Shown here piece by piece: positions 48,226 to 58,203 of a DNA stretch of 64,000 bases. Source of the DNA: a virus (taxonomy: Duplodnaviria; Heunggongvirae; Uroviricota; Caudoviricetes); IMG/VR virus record IMGVR_UViG_3300012007_000007, positions 35,434 through 99,433 of that record; one strand, 5' to 3'. Both the position numbers and the translations under genes were made by a program. Under the pieces are notes generated by a model that had not been told where the DNA came from, did not search any database, and saw only the letters and a list, made by a program, of their open reading frames with translations. Position 1 is the stretch's first letter, and each line of letters begins with the position of its first letter.

Positions 48226-48699
48226 TTAAAGACCAAGCTCCTTGGCCGTTTTGACGATAGCCTGTACCATGCCGTCGTACTTTCCGTTTGAGTCCATTTT
48301 TTTACCGCGTCTCAACTCATCCATAATTTCGGCATCAATCGCTGCTGCACTACTATTGCACATATCTGGCCTCCATAGCTTCCTGCAACCGCTGTTTATC
48401 CCTCTGGCTATGCTATATAGCAGTTCGTCGGGCTCGCGAGTGTATATCCTAAGCTCATCTACAATCTTCTCATCAATGTTCGCTGGACAACGGCCACGAA
48501 AAATTTCATTTAGGAGAAAATGCGAGGGGACTGCAAGCATGTCGAAACGGTGTACGTATTCTCTGACCTCGGCAACAGTACGCCAGCACTCGATGAAATC
48601 GTCGGTTCCCCTGTCCGATTTCCGCCACCTTTCAGCAGAGTTGTCTTCATACGCAGCATCCAACAGTATGACGAAACGGGCTTTCGCATGTATGCCCAC
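48226..48699 (-). CDS. hypothetical protein, start uncertain
   Basis: 157 aa; overlapping ORF 48510..48779 may be a frameshifted N-terminus. Confidence 0.45.
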   Translation of the reverse strand: MGIHAKARFVILLDAAYEDNSAERWRKSDRGTDDFIECWRTVAEVREYVHRFDMLAVPSHFLLNEIFRGRCPANIDEKIVDELRIYTREPDELLYSIARGINSGCRKLWRPDMCNSSAAAIDAEIMDELRRGKKMDSNGKYDGMVQAIVKTAKELGL

Positions 48700-48778
48700 T
48701 GTATGGTACCAAATTTCGGAACCTTAACGTGTACAAGGGCACTCCAGTTGAAATCGGGCTTACATTCTTTCGTTTTCA

Positions 48779-49126
48779 TTATCGCTCCTCCATGTGTTTA
48801 ATAAGTTCCTTGGGGAACGGCTTGATGATTCGGTAGTCGCAATCGTATGGGTGGCACGCCAGCCCTGTTTCGGTAAGTAGTCCTGTATCGGTAAGGTCCA
48901 ACCTGACCCCACTTGGAAAGTTCCACACTGAATAGACTTCGAATCCCGGGGGCACGATATAGAGGTTGTGGTTCCATTCGGCAAGGGAAGCGCCGTGCTT
49001 ATGCAGGACGGCCTTGATTTCCTCGGCTATTGCCTTGCTCTGTTCTACGGCTTCGGCTATGGAGCGGAGCCTAAATTCTTCCCGTGCGAGTTTTTCCTTG
49101 ATTTCAAGTTCTGCCTGTTCGGTCAC
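48779..49126 (-). CDS. hypothetical protein
   Basis: 115 aa. Confidence 0.55.
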   Translation of the reverse strand: MTEQAELEIKEKLAREEFRLRSIAEAVEQSKAIAEEIKAVLHKHGASLAEWNHNLYIVPPGFEVYSVWNFPSGVRLDLTDTGLLTETGLACHPYDCDYRIIKPFPKELIKHMEER

Positions 49127-49854
49127 TTCGGTTTCCTCCTATGTGTGCGACGCCATTCATTTGATTCGTGTGCAAAATTCCTTACAATGACTGCGAAATT
49201 TTGCTTGTTGTAGTAGAACTGCCACCGTCCCCAGAGTCCAATCCAGTCGAACACGGTGACAAAAAAGATTAGCCATACGTGTTCCTTGAAAAAATCACCG
49301 ACTGCCAAGGCGGACAAGGCACCGACTACAGCGCCGATATTACCCATCAGACGCTCGGCGTTGGAATGGTTCTGATAGTCTATCTGGTTCTTGTACAGGC
49401 TCTGCTCGAAAACGTCCCCTATGCTCGGTATTATCATTTCGGTTATAAACCGCACTATCCTCAGTAGCAGGTCATGCACGAAGAACAGCCGGCATACGCC
49501 TTCCCAGTCCACGGTAGGGTCATACTTGCCTATCATGTAAGCCGAGAAAAACGACAATTCCACCACGGTGAAGAACAGTGTTTCCGAAATATCTATTGCC
49601 TTGAAATGACAGAATACCCAGCGTTTCTTGTTGACGTCGCTGGCTATGTAGGCACTTACCAGGCCGATAAGGCAGCTGACTATTAGCTGGATAGAGTATA
49701 CCCTGCTACCTAGCCCTATGTCCAGCATAAGGAAAGTCGGCATGAGCATGCCGTATACCACGCAGTTGAGCATCAGCGTGGCCAAATATACCGTTTGCTG
49801 CTTGCTCATGAAAAGCGCATGTATTCTGCTGCTACAATCAATCACAGTCACCAC
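49123..49854 (-). CDS. multi-pass membrane protein
   Basis: several hydrophobic helices. Confidence 0.65.
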   Translation of the reverse strand: MVTVIDCSSRIHALFMSKQQTVYLATLMLNCVVYGMLMPTFLMLDIGLGSRVYSIQLIVSCLIGLVSAYIASDVNKKRWVFCHFKAIDISETLFFTVVELSFFSAYMIGKYDPTVDWEGVCRLFFVHDLLLRIVRFITEMIIPSIGDVFEQSLYKNQIDYQNHSNAERLMGNIGAVVGALSALAVGDFFKEHVWLIFFVTVFDWIGLWGRWQFYYNKQNFAVIVRNFAHESNEWRRTHRRKPK

Positions 49855-49879
49855 CTATCCAAGGCATACTAGGTTCTCC

Positions 49880-50137
49880 TTATCCTAGGCAGACTATGTT
49901 CTCTATGGTATATATGCACGAACCTGGAATCTTGTCGCGCAAATCTCGGTAGAGTGCCTCCCCGGTACATGACGATTTAAGGACTGCTGTATCGTGGGAG
50001 AACGTTTCAAAGTACTCCCCGGACCGGTAATAGCATACCAGATAGGCCTTCTCCACGGGTTTCCTGCGTTTCCCCCGGCGCAACCTAGAGGGTTTCCCGG
50101 CATCTTCCCGTACTTTCCTAAGTCCGTTCTTGGTCAT
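49880..50137 (-). CDS. hypothetical protein
   Basis: ATGA-coupled. Confidence 0.5.
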   Translation of the reverse strand: MTKNGLRKVREDAGKPSRLRRGKRRKPVEKAYLVCYYRSGEYFETFSHDTAVLKSSCTGEALYRDLRDKIPGSCIYTIENIVCLG

Positions 50138-50805
50138 TCGTCATCCCCCTTGCCGTCAAGACCGACCCTCTCGCGGAATTCCGCAATCACGGAATCCAGC
50201 TTCTCCCGTATAGCCTCTGTGGACATGACGTACAACCAGCGCTTCTTGTAATCGAATTCGTCCTTCCCGGTAACCAGCAGCCCGGCGCAGTCCACCGTGA
50301 ACATCTTGAAGCTAGGGAACAGCTTCTCGCCATCTAGGTTAGTACCGGTGAACTCGCCGAATCCGGGACCGGTAACCCATACCTGCAATCCCCCGTATAT
50401 GCCATCTTGTGCATGCACCTTGGTAACCTTGATGTACTTGAACTCCCATGGACCGGTTTTGATGCAGATGAACCTCCCGAGAAGCTCCCTGTCCAGGATT
50501 GGCTGTAGCTTCTTGATTACTGCCGCGTACACCTCCTCCTTCGTCATGTTGTAGGTAGGGGAGGAGTCAGCCTTCAGGCAATCCTCGGCAATCTGCCTGG
50601 CCATGGCGGCGACCTCGTCGAAGGACGGGTTATCGTTTCTTACACGGCAGATTCTCTGTTGCAGTTCGTCAGCTGCCTTCAGGATGCGCTTCAGCTTGGC
50701 TTCCGGGTCGAAATAGACCCCAACCTCGGCTTTCCTGGTATCTTCGTATTCCTTCACCAGGGCAGCGCCCTCGGGTGATATATTGAAAAGTTCCATCTTC
50801 TTCAT
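50134..50805 (-). CDS. hypothetical protein, likely leaderless
   Basis: ATG 4 nt after TATATTTG. Confidence 0.6.
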   Translation of the reverse strand: MKKMELFNISPEGAALVKEYEDTRKAEVGVYFDPEAKLKRILKAADELQQRICRVRNDNPSFDEVAAMARQIAEDCLKADSSPTYNMTKEEVYAAVIKKLQPILDRELLGRFICIKTGPWEFKYIKVTKVHAQDGIYGGLQVWVTGPGFGEFTGTNLDGEKLFPSFKMFTVDCAGLLVTGKDEFDYKKRWLYVMSTEAIREKLDSVIAEFRERVGLDGKGDDE

Positions 50806-50880
50806 GCTCCAAATATAGCAATTTTCACACCACACGGATAAGAATTTGCTATATTTGGTGCAACGACAGGAGAATTTGGT

Positions 50881-51648
50881 ATGATAGTATGCGACAAGTG
50901 CATGACTAACCCGGCTGACCTCGGGACCATTTACGTAGAGGTAGCCGGCAATCGCCAAGGGATTGACATATGCCGTGACTGCTTCAGAGCGATGTTCTCC
51001 GGCATCGAAGTTGCCAGGAAGGCCTTCTGCGCACAGGTTCGCTTCGATGAAGACGACCGGGGAAGCGTGGAGAAGAAACTGCTGGCGGAGAAGAACCGCG
51101 AAATGCTGAAGGACGCGCCTACATATCCGGAACAGGAATCTACCGCGCCAGAGCGCCAGCGCTGCATATCGGACTTCCACCCACGCGAGGTGACCGTCGG
51201 GGGAATGACCTGGATGGCCGAGAACCTCATTCTAACCGATGACGGCGAGGGAATCTACCGCGACGACGGTCTCCAGGAAGTCTACTACACTTACGACGCC
51301 GCTGAGCGGATAGCCGGCAAGATACCAGGATGGCACCTGCCTAGAATGGATGAATGGCACCACGTGGTCGCATGCTATGACGTTAATAATCTGCTATCAT
51401 ACGGCACGAACAGGTCCGGTATGTCCATCAAGCTCTCGGGCTCGATAGCGAAAGACCTCACAAAAGCAACCAGCGGCAACCTCACCCTGTACGAATACGG
51501 AATGACCGCCAGGTTCTGGTCCTCGAATGAGAACGTGGACCGCCCGACCGACGCATGGTACCGGTATTTCGACAAAACAGATTTCGAGAAATTCACCGGC
51601 AGCAAGTCCGAGAACATGCTCTCCGTGCGCCTGGTGAGGGACACCTAG
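50881..51648 (+). CDS. CxxC N-terminus fused to a FISUMP (Fibrobacter major paralogous) domain
   Basis: VTVGGMTWMAENL, YYTYDAA, GWHLP...EW, FWSS, AWYRYF, SVRLVRD. Confidence 0.8.
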   Translation: MIVCDKCMTNPADLGTIYVEVAGNRQGIDICRDCFRAMFSGIEVARKAFCAQVRFDEDDRGSVEKKLLAEKNREMLKDAPTYPEQESTAPERQRCISDFHPREVTVGGMTWMAENLILTDDGEGIYRDDGLQEVYYTYDAAERIAGKIPGWHLPRMDEWHHVVACYDVNNLLSYGTNRSGMSIKLSGSIAKDLTKATSGNLTLYEYGMTARFWSSNENVDRPTDAWYRYFDKTDFEKFTGSKSENMLSVRLVRDT

Positions 51649-51911
51649 GCAGGCTGGCCCAGGTCGAACAGCCGCAGGACGCCGGAACGCACCGCGCCCT
51701 GCACCGGCACGAGTACCCGGTCGAACCCGAGGCACATGCCGTAGCACATAGCAACCCAGGCGAAACCTCCCAGGTCACCGAATCCACCAATCAGTACTGT
51801 CCCGATAAGCATGAACAGTACCGACAAGCCGACAAGCATGGCGAAACCGACAATGGCCTCCGCGTAAAAGCAGAACCACACCCTAGCAACACTGTAATCG
51901 AAATTTTCCAT
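51645..51911 (-). CDS. small membrane protein
   Basis: two hydrophobic helices. Confidence 0.5.
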   Translation of the reverse strand: MENFDYSVARVWFCFYAEAIVGFAMLVGLSVLFMLIGTVLIGGFGDLGGFAWVAMCYGMCLGFDRVLVPVQGAVRSGVLRLFDLGQPA

Positions 51912-51962
51912 AGGATTCTCCCGGGAATACCCGTCCTTTCCCTATGGAAACTATTGCATTTC

Positions 51963-52214
51963 CTAGAAACCGTGCGCCTTCCTGGCCTTCCTTTCCAGGT
52001 CCCTGAGCAGACGCATGTCGTCCTCGTTTTCCGGGTCCAGCAGGTATGCCGTACCCCTGTGCTCGCAGTACAGCGTACGGCAGAACGCATTCGGCCTGGT
52101 TATCTTGAGTTCCTCATACTGTGCCGGCGACATTGGGACTTCCACGTGCGGCAGCAATACCGGCTCGCACACCAGCTCTTTCCCGTAATTTTCCACCCAT
52201 TCCGTATATCTCAT
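51963..52214 (-). CDS. hypothetical protein
   Basis: GGAG RBS. Confidence 0.55.
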   Translation of the reverse strand: MRYTEWVENYGKELVCEPVLLPHVEVPMSPAQYEELKITRPNAFCRTLYCEHRGTAYLLDPENEDDMRLLRDLERKARKAHGF

Positions 52215-52495
52215 TGTATTGCTCCCTTGGGCACCTTCAGGGCTTCCGGGAACTCCCGGCCTCTATCGAAGGGAAGCTCGTAGTGCCAGGCCATCACCCG
52301 GCTGTCGGTAACCTTCCACGGGATGGCATCACCGCGGACCTTCCACCACCTTGCCACGGTACCGTCCTCGTCGTTGGATTCCCGGCACAGCATTGCGTCC
52401 TCGACTCGTCGGCCGTAACGGTCCGCTACCAGAATCCGGACTTCCGTATTGTAGCGCGGAAGCTCGTCAGTTGGACTTATCCATACGATATTCAT
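52211..52495 (-). CDS. DUF551-like phage protein
   Basis: WISPTDELP...VMAWHY. Confidence 0.6.
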   Translation of the reverse strand: MNIVWISPTDELPRYNTEVRILVADRYGRRVEDAMLCRESNDEDGTVARWWKVRGDAIPWKVTDSRVMAWHYELPFDRGREFPEALKVPKGAIQ

Positions 52496-52794
52496 TTGCA
52501 ACCATCCATAAGTTCCCGTTCCATTTCCTTCTGGTCGAACACGCTCCAGTACCATATGCGAAATCCGGCAGCATACCGTACCTCCCGGGGAATATCCCAG
52601 TACCACTCGGTGCACCACCCAAGGTCCACCCGGTACCGCCTGGCCTTGTGTATTTCCGTCCTGAACCTGTCGGTAACTACAAGCTCGGCATCCACCTCTC
52701 CGGTAGCGCACGGTTTCCGGGTAGGTTCCAGTGTCTTCACCGGGAGCAGGTCCTCGGGCATGCTGCCCCGCATCGCATCCTTCCAGTCGTACAT
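52492..52794 (-). CDS. hypothetical protein
   Basis: promoter at 52812; GAGG RBS. Confidence 0.55.
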   Translation of the reverse strand: MYDWKDAMRGSMPEDLLPVKTLEPTRKPCATGEVDAELVVTDRFRTEIHKARRYRVDLGWCTEWYWDIPREVRYAAGFRIWYWSVFDQKEMERELMDGCK

Positions 52795-52812
52795 AATCTG
52801 TCCTCTTTCGCC

Positions 52813-52837
52813 AAATATAGCAAAAATTGCTATATTT
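52813..52837. promoter_or_regulatory. back-to-back divergent promoters forming an inverted repeat
   Basis: AAATATAGCAA-AAA-TTGCTATATTT between divergent operons. Confidence 0.7.
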
Positions 52838-52857
52838 AAGGCAGCGAGGTTTATAGC

Positions 52858-53388
52858 ATGATTACACCAAAATTCTTCAAAGACACGTGCGAGGACTTGT
52901 TCGGAAAAGAAAATTGTACTTTCTCTGAAATGTGGGATAACGACTCGCTGCCCGATTCGTCGTTGTTTTGCCGTATCAAGTGCATAGCATTTGGTAGACT
53001 TGTCGCACGCCTATCCGTATTCACGGACTACGATTCTCTATTGACGGTGTACCCATATAACAGCGAGATGCCAGACAAGACTACCCGCTTTAGTTTCCGG
53101 GTGAAAAGACTTCTCAAATGGGCAACTCACCAGGAACGTTGCAGGAACAATATTCTCGACGGACTCGTAAAGCAGTTCAACAACCAATTCTACAGGCACT
53201 CCGCCGACCTTAGGTATCTCATAGACAAGATGACAGATGATGTATTCTGTGTGGATATACGGAACATAGCCCAGATGCTCAACGACAAGGCCGACATGCT
53301 CCAGTACGGCCACACGTTCCGTGACGGAATTCCTGTAACTGACCCCGCGCAACCCGCAACGAGTTCACGTGCGGAAGGAGTCGGGTGA
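52858..53388 (+). CDS. hypothetical protein
   Basis: first gene of a + strand operon. Confidence 0.6.
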   Translation: MITPKFFKDTCEDLFGKENCTFSEMWDNDSLPDSSLFCRIKCIAFGRLVARLSVFTDYDSLLTVYPYNSEMPDKTTRFSFRVKRLLKWATHQERCRNNILDGLVKQFNNQFYRHSADLRYLIDKMTDDVFCVDIRNIAQMLNDKADMLQYGHTFRDGIPVTDPAQPATSSRAEGVG

Positions 53389-53720
53389 TGAAGCTATGTA
53401 TACACGACTTCCTCGTCTCGATGAGGGTCATATTCTCGTTCATGCTGTTTATCGCAGGTAAATTCCTGTGGTGTTTCTCCGTCTGCGCCGCCATACTGGC
53501 ATTCAACATAGTCATTCCCGACTACGTCATCACGGCAATCGACGTGGACAGCAAAATGCTCCTCGCCGGGATGGTCATTCTCTGGCTGTCCTTCTCGATG
53601 CCGGTGACCTTCAGCGTGATATACGCCTACCTCGAATACCGGAAACGCAAGTTCATGACAAGCACACTGAGTAAAACACAGGAAACCAAGGTTCCTGGAG
53701 AAAAGGAGGAAACCAATTGA
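53385..53720 (+). CDS. membrane protein
   Basis: two or three TM helices. Confidence 0.6.
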   Translation: MMKLCIHDFLVSMRVIFSFMLFIAGKFLWCFSVCAAILAFNIVIPDYVITAIDVDSKMLLAGMVILWLSFSMPVTFSVIYAYLEYRKRKFMTSTLSKTQETKVPGEKEETN

Positions 53721-54043
53721 CCGACATATACATCAAGTACATCGCCATAGTAATCCTGGCCGCTGCCGGACTGCTGCTGGTTTTCCTCTTCAAGCGAAAC
53801 GGGGACAAGGGCGCCCTAGTCTGGGGAATCATCATGCTCGCGCTCTCGTTCATACTTGCATTCGCCCTGAAACTCAGCTACGAGAAAGAAGTCATAAACG
53901 CCGCACAGAAGTTCTTCGACTCAAGGAACGAAGTATACTCATGTACCGGACTTGGCGACCTCCAGTGCTCATACTCCATAAAGGAATGGACACGCGACTC
54001 CATGGAATGGGCCGAGCAGGTGAAGGAAATACTCGAACGATGA
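53717..54043 (+). CDS. membrane protein
   Basis: two TM helices; TTG start with GGAGG RBS. Confidence 0.55.
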   Translation: MTDIYIKYIAIVILAAAGLLLVFLFKRNGDKGALVWGIIMLALSFILAFALKLSYEKEVINAAQKFFDSRNEVYSCTGLGDLQCSYSIKEWTRDSMEWAEQVKEILER

Positions 54044-54459
54044 CCCTCCGTACAGCGGCATACATGGCCATCGCCCTGCACTTCCTCCGGGAACTCTCCC
54101 GGAAAATCCTGTCGCCTTCCCGGAAAACTCCCGGGAGGACCCTGGAACGCGACCAGGTACTAGTCGCAACAACGACGGTCGGTGAATACAAGACGATACG
54201 GGTGGCGAAGATAGCAAAGGGGGCCGACCTGTATCAATACTATTCATTTGTGAGGGAAGCGTACAGGCATTTTAACAAGTGCTACGTGAAGGTGATGTTG
54301 CCTGACGAGCTGGAAGATAGGGCAAGGAACGCCAGGATATGGAATTACGGCCATGTCCACGAGTCCAACATGTCAACCGACTGGAAGAATACCTTCTACG
54401 TATCCAAGGTCCTCCGAGATATGCCCCTGTCATTCCTAACACACCTGGAGATGTACTGA
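54040..54459 (+). CDS. leader-family paralog
   Basis: MTLRTAAYMAIALHFLRELSRKI. Confidence 0.75.
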   Translation: MTLRTAAYMAIALHFLRELSRKILSPSRKTPGRTLERDQVLVATTTVGEYKTIRVAKIAKGADLYQYYSFVREAYRHFNKCYVKVMLPDELEDRARNARIWNYGHVHESNMSTDWKNTFYVSKVLRDMPLSFLTHLEMY

Positions 54460-54875
54460 TGAGAATACAGACAGCGGCATACATCGCAATCGCGCTACAT
54501 TTTCTACGTACGATATACCGGAAAATTTCAGTGAAACCAACCTGGTTTCCCGGAGCCGCATGGCGGGCAGACAGGTACATACTGGCCAGAACATACGCCA
54601 CGCCAATGATAACCGTTCTAGTTGCCAAGGTCCATAAAGGCGCCGGCATCCAATACACGCTCCAACTAAAAGAGCTGATAGATTCAAGCCTGGACAAGTG
54701 CCATGTCGAATATGCCACGGAACATGACCTGGAGGCAATCAGGTCCAGGGAAACCGTATACACTTACAGCGAAATTCCCGACTGGGACATGTCGCACTCG
54801 CATCGGCTCAACCTGGCCGGCCACATATACGCAAAGCTCCCGGCATCATTCCTCCACCAAGTGTACCTCTACTGA
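54459..54875 (+). CDS. leader-family paralog
   Basis: MRIQTAAYIAIALHFLRTIYRKI. Confidence 0.75.
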   Translation: MRIQTAAYIAIALHFLRTIYRKISVKPTWFPGAAWRADRYILARTYATPMITVLVAKVHKGAGIQYTLQLKELIDSSLDKCHVEYATEHDLEAIRSRETVYTYSEIPDWDMSHSHRLNLAGHIYAKLPASFLHQVYLY

Positions 54876-54877
54876 CA

Positions 54878-55303
54878 ATGAAACTCAGGACTGCAGCATA
54901 CATAGCCATAGCGCTCCACTTCATCCGCTCCATGTACCGGAAAATTTCCGCCCCTTCCCGGAAACTCCACGGTAACTCCACATCCAATCCATGGCCCTAC
55001 GACATGCTGCTCATGCTGAGGACCAGGGATGCGAACCGCCACGTGCTGGTCGCTAAAATATCCGCCGGGGCGGAAATGGACCAGTACTCCTCCCTCCTCG
55101 ACAAGGCAAGGAAACACTTCGACAAGTGCAACGCCTGGTTCATGTACCCGGAAAACATGGAAGACCTCAATAGAGCCAACCGGGTATACTATTACGGCAC
55201 CGTATCGGAAGCCTTCCTCTCATCCGACTGGGCACACCCCTTCTTCTACGGGAGCTTCCGGGAACTCCCGCTCTCCTTCCGCAACCACGTGCATAAGTAC
55301 TGA
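54878..55303 (+). CDS. leader-family paralog
   Basis: MKLRTAAYIAIALHFIRSMYRKI. Confidence 0.75.
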   Translation: MKLRTAAYIAIALHFIRSMYRKISAPSRKLHGNSTSNPWPYDMLLMLRTRDANRHVLVAKISAGAEMDQYSSLLDKARKHFDKCNAWFMYPENMEDLNRANRVYYYGTVSEAFLSSDWAHPFFYGSFRELPLSFRNHVHKY

Positions 55304-55304
55304 C

Positions 55305-55724
55305 ATGAAACTCCGTACCGCGGCCTACATCGCTATCGCCATACACTTCCTCCGGAAAACCGCCAGGAAACTATCCGCCACTACCGGGAAATACCGGAGG
55401 TTCCCGGGAGCTTCCAAGACCGATTCCGGGGAGGACGGGATATTCATCGCCATGCCGAAAGGCAGCGACAAGATAGTCGAAATCATACGGTACCGGCACG
55501 ACTGCCCGATGAGCACAGTATTCGCGGCATTCGACTACATAGAGAAAGTCCTTGACCGCTGCGAAATCAGGTACTGCCCGCATCCGTCCAGGACAGACAT
55601 CTTTACCAACGGGCACCTTGTCGATTACCTCTTCTACCCACACCTGGATGACCTTATGTCAAACCCGCGCGCGCTGCTATACCCGCATCTCCATGAGATT
55701 CTGGGGCCGTACGCACGGTACTAA
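55305..55724 (+). CDS. leader-family paralog
   Basis: MKLRTAAYIAIAIHFLRKTARKL. Confidence 0.75.
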   Translation: MKLRTAAYIAIAIHFLRKTARKLSATTGKYRRFPGASKTDSGEDGIFIAMPKGSDKIVEIIRYRHDCPMSTVFAAFDYIEKVLDRCEIRYCPHPSRTDIFTNGHLVDYLFYPHLDDLMSNPRALLYPHLHEILGPYARY

Positions 55725-55736
55725 AGGAGAACCAAC

Positions 55737-55958
55737 ATGAAGTACGAAATAGCAATGTCATTCATTTTCTTATCAGTTGCTATCATTTTCCTCGTCTTCT
55801 GGACACACCCGTCTCCTACGGAAGGAACCCTGGTACTAGACGGAAAGGATGTCTGCCACGGGGAACTCCACAAGAGAAGGCTCTACGCCACCGAGTACCA
55901 CTTCCAGTGCGAAGACGGGAGGACCATCCAGAACCTTACCAACTTCTCCATCAAGTAG
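55737..55958 (+). CDS. small membrane-anchored protein
   Basis: AAGGAG RBS; TM helix. Confidence 0.6.
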   Translation: MKYEIAMSFIFLSVAIIFLVFWTHPSPTEGTLVLDGKDVCHGELHKRRLYATEYHFQCEDGRTIQNLTNFSIK

Positions 55959-56138
55959 GCTTTTGCTATATTTGGTATAGAAACGCTTGAAAAGATAGGC
56001 TATGTACACCCAAAGTGTTGCTATTGTCAAATAGACAAGAATTTGCTATATTTGAACTAGGCTGAATCCCGTTCATTTCGTAGCGAAAAATGCCCGAGCA
56101 ACATCTTGGGTGGACAAAGCCAAAAGATAGGATAACTT

Positions 56139-56489
56139 ATGCCCTTTAAACACATTGCGATGAGAAGACTGGAAGGCAAAAAGCGCACATTTTATATGGA
56201 CGAGCACGGCGGCTATCGCCACGAATACGTTGACTTTTACCCCGCCGACCTGGTCGAGAGAATCATCGCCGACCTGTCCAACCAGGTGCTTGAAGAACGG
56301 AAGAAGTGGACTTCTATGTTTGACCATTTTAAGGTGAAGCGCAAGGAGCTGCGGGATGCCCGCCACGCTGCCGTCCGCGAGAAGGACAAGTATGCGAAGT
56401 GTTTGAACCTGCTGGTCTCCCATGATTTGATTAAGGACTGCCCGTATAAGGCGGCAGTAAAGAACCTTGCGAAAGGGAAGGAACTATGA
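56139..56489 (+). CDS. phage coiled-coil hypothetical protein
   Basis: 116 aa. Confidence 0.6.
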   Translation: MPFKHIAMRRLEGKKRTFYMDEHGGYRHEYVDFYPADLVERIIADLSNQVLEERKKWTSMFDHFKVKRKELRDARHAAVREKDKYAKCLNLLVSHDLIKDCPYKAAVKNLAKGKEL

Positions 56490-56683
56490 TTGACGGCCAG
56501 TTCGAGATGGCTTTCATTATGCCCTACCGTCCACGAATACTTGATAAGGATACCCAGCTAGTCCCGATGGACTACAATGCCAGGCCGGGCGAACGGGTTA
56601 TTCGCTGTGTGGATACAAGCGGACTAAATCCACCGGAAGTACCATTCGGACTGAAGTGGCTGCTTAGGTTTAACTGGGCTTAA
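56486..56683 (+). CDS. hypothetical protein
   Basis: ATGA-coupled. Confidence 0.5.
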   Translation: MIDGQFEMAFIMPYRPRILDKDTQLVPMDYNARPGERVIRCVDTSGLNPPEVPFGLKWLLRFNWA

Positions 56684-56736
56684 CAAGATTTTGCTATCTT
56701 TGTGTAAAATTCAATAATCATCCGGGAGTATCCAAT

Positions 56737-56937
56737 ATGAGCTGGTCAGAATACGACACCCACAACGAAGTACCGCAGGAAGTTGTACACGCGTTCTTCG
56801 ACCTGCTGGACAGAATCAACTACGCCTACCTGAAGATAGACGGAACCTACGGGGACCTGCATCCAGTAGTCCGGGACAAGGTGAAATACATCGAGAAAAC
56901 CCTATACAAGACAATGGAGGACAGACAAAATGCTTGA
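56737..56937 (+). CDS. paralog of 15848..16054
   Basis: protein similarity. Confidence 0.7.
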   Translation: MSWSEYDTHNEVPQEVVHAFFDLLDRINYAYLKIDGTYGDLHPVVRDKVKYIEKTLYKTMEDRQNA

Positions 56938-57190
56938 CGCGAAGGAAGCCAAGAACATTACGTTCGACTCAATCAACACCTACATCAAAGATATCGAGGA
57001 CGGCATCAGGAAGGACGCCTCGCTCGGAAAGTACAGCCACGAGCACATACTTGACGCCGACAGTGAAATCGCATATTCAGTAATCCAGGCGCTGCGCGAC
57101 GCACACTACGACGTGAAGGACGAGTCGATTTTCGGCATGGACTGCAACTGGCGGTACCGCCTACTTATAACCTGGAACAGCAAAGGATAA
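56930..57190 (+). CDS. small phage protein
   Basis: GGAGG RBS; IEDGIRKDASLG. Confidence 0.6.
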   Translation: MLDAKEAKNITFDSINTYIKDIEDGIRKDASLGKYSHEHILDADSEIAYSVIQALRDAHYDVKDESIFGMDCNWRYRLLITWNSKG

Positions 57191-57192
57191 CC

Positions 57193-57411
57193 ATGACGCA
57201 TGGTGAACTCTACGATTCCCTGCTCGGGCCCAGGAAGAAAGTCAGGTGCTCCCGGTGCCACCGGGAGTTCGACGAGGAAACCGCCGACATGGAACCGGAC
57301 GACTACGGTGGACTGCTGTGCCATTCCTGCAGGACGTCTACCATGGCAATCCACATTCCCTGGTGGATGATGGAGGATTCAATGAAAGAAACCGAATGGT
57401 GGAGAAATTAA
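57193..57411 (+). CDS. small zinc-finger-like protein
   Basis: CSRC...CHSC. Confidence 0.55.
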   Translation: MTHGELYDSLLGPRKKVRCSRCHREFDEETADMEPDDYGGLLCHSCRTSTMAIHIPWWMMEDSMKETEWWRN

Positions 57412-57525
57412 CATGGGTATTCAAACTCAAAACAATGATGCAGCCAAGCTGGCCGAATACTACGACCTGCGCACTCCGGTCGTGTTCAGAATGCCGGACG
57501 ACGCAATCTACTTCATCAAGCACCT

Positions 57526-57873
57526 ATGGAACAGGGAAACTCCCTCAACCACGAAAGTCGTCTGGACCGGGAAATAACCCAAATGCCTTCAGAACTATCA
57601 ATCTGCCCGATACACTGGAAACAGTACCACTACAATGTCGAGACCGCCCTCGGCATCATCTCCACCTCCAAACTCGACCCAGATACCAAGGAAAGACTCG
57701 AGGAACTCCTCCGGGTCGACGGCATCTCCGCCTACCCGGAACCCTACATCGATTCCTGGGAGGACACCGCCAGCAACATCGACATAATCTGCCCTCCCAA
57801 CGCATCCCTCCCGGAAGTAGACTGGCTAAGGCAGCAGGTCGACCTCCTCCGTACCGGGAGGTACCGACAATGA
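57526..57873 (+). CDS. hypothetical protein
   Basis: 115 aa. Confidence 0.5.
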   Translation: MEQGNSLNHESRLDREITQMPSELSICPIHWKQYHYNVETALGIISTSKLDPDTKERLEELLRVDGISAYPEPYIDSWEDTASNIDIICPPNASLPEVDWLRQQVDLLRTGRYRQ

Positions 57874-58166
57874 AAATCTACATCGTATCCCTGGAATCAA
57901 CCCACACCAACGGCGCCACCGCATACCAGCAGAAGGCCTTCTCCGTCCAGAAAGCCTTCTTCGCCTCCCGCGAGGATGCCGACCGCTTCATACAGGAAAA
58001 AATCGACCTTACAGAGAAGATGTGCCGGGAAGCCCCGGCAATCCATACCGGATTCTCCCGGGAGGTACGCTCCTGCGAATGGGTGGACAACTTCTCCCTG
58101 GACCGGATATCCACCATCCAGCAGCACATTCTGACCGAATTCACGATAACCGAGCTCGACATCTAG
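57870..58166 (+). CDS. hypothetical protein
   Basis: MKIYIVSLE; ATGA-coupled. Confidence 0.6.
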   Translation: MKIYIVSLESTHTNGATAYQQKAFSVQKAFFASREDADRFIQEKIDLTEKMCREAPAIHTGFSREVRSCEWVDNFSLDRISTIQQHILTEFTITELDI

Positions 58167-58203
58167 GTTTCCCGGGAATCCCCATTTTTGCTATATTTGT
58201 GCC

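Noticed and set aside
53941-55724. Diversity-generating retroelement acting on the tandem paralogs
   Set aside because: No reverse transcriptase and no template/variable repeat pair differing only at adenines.
56667-56681. GGTTTAACTGGGCTT resembling the repeat start
   Set aside because: Similarity ends after about 14 nt and lies in a coding end (RFNWA).
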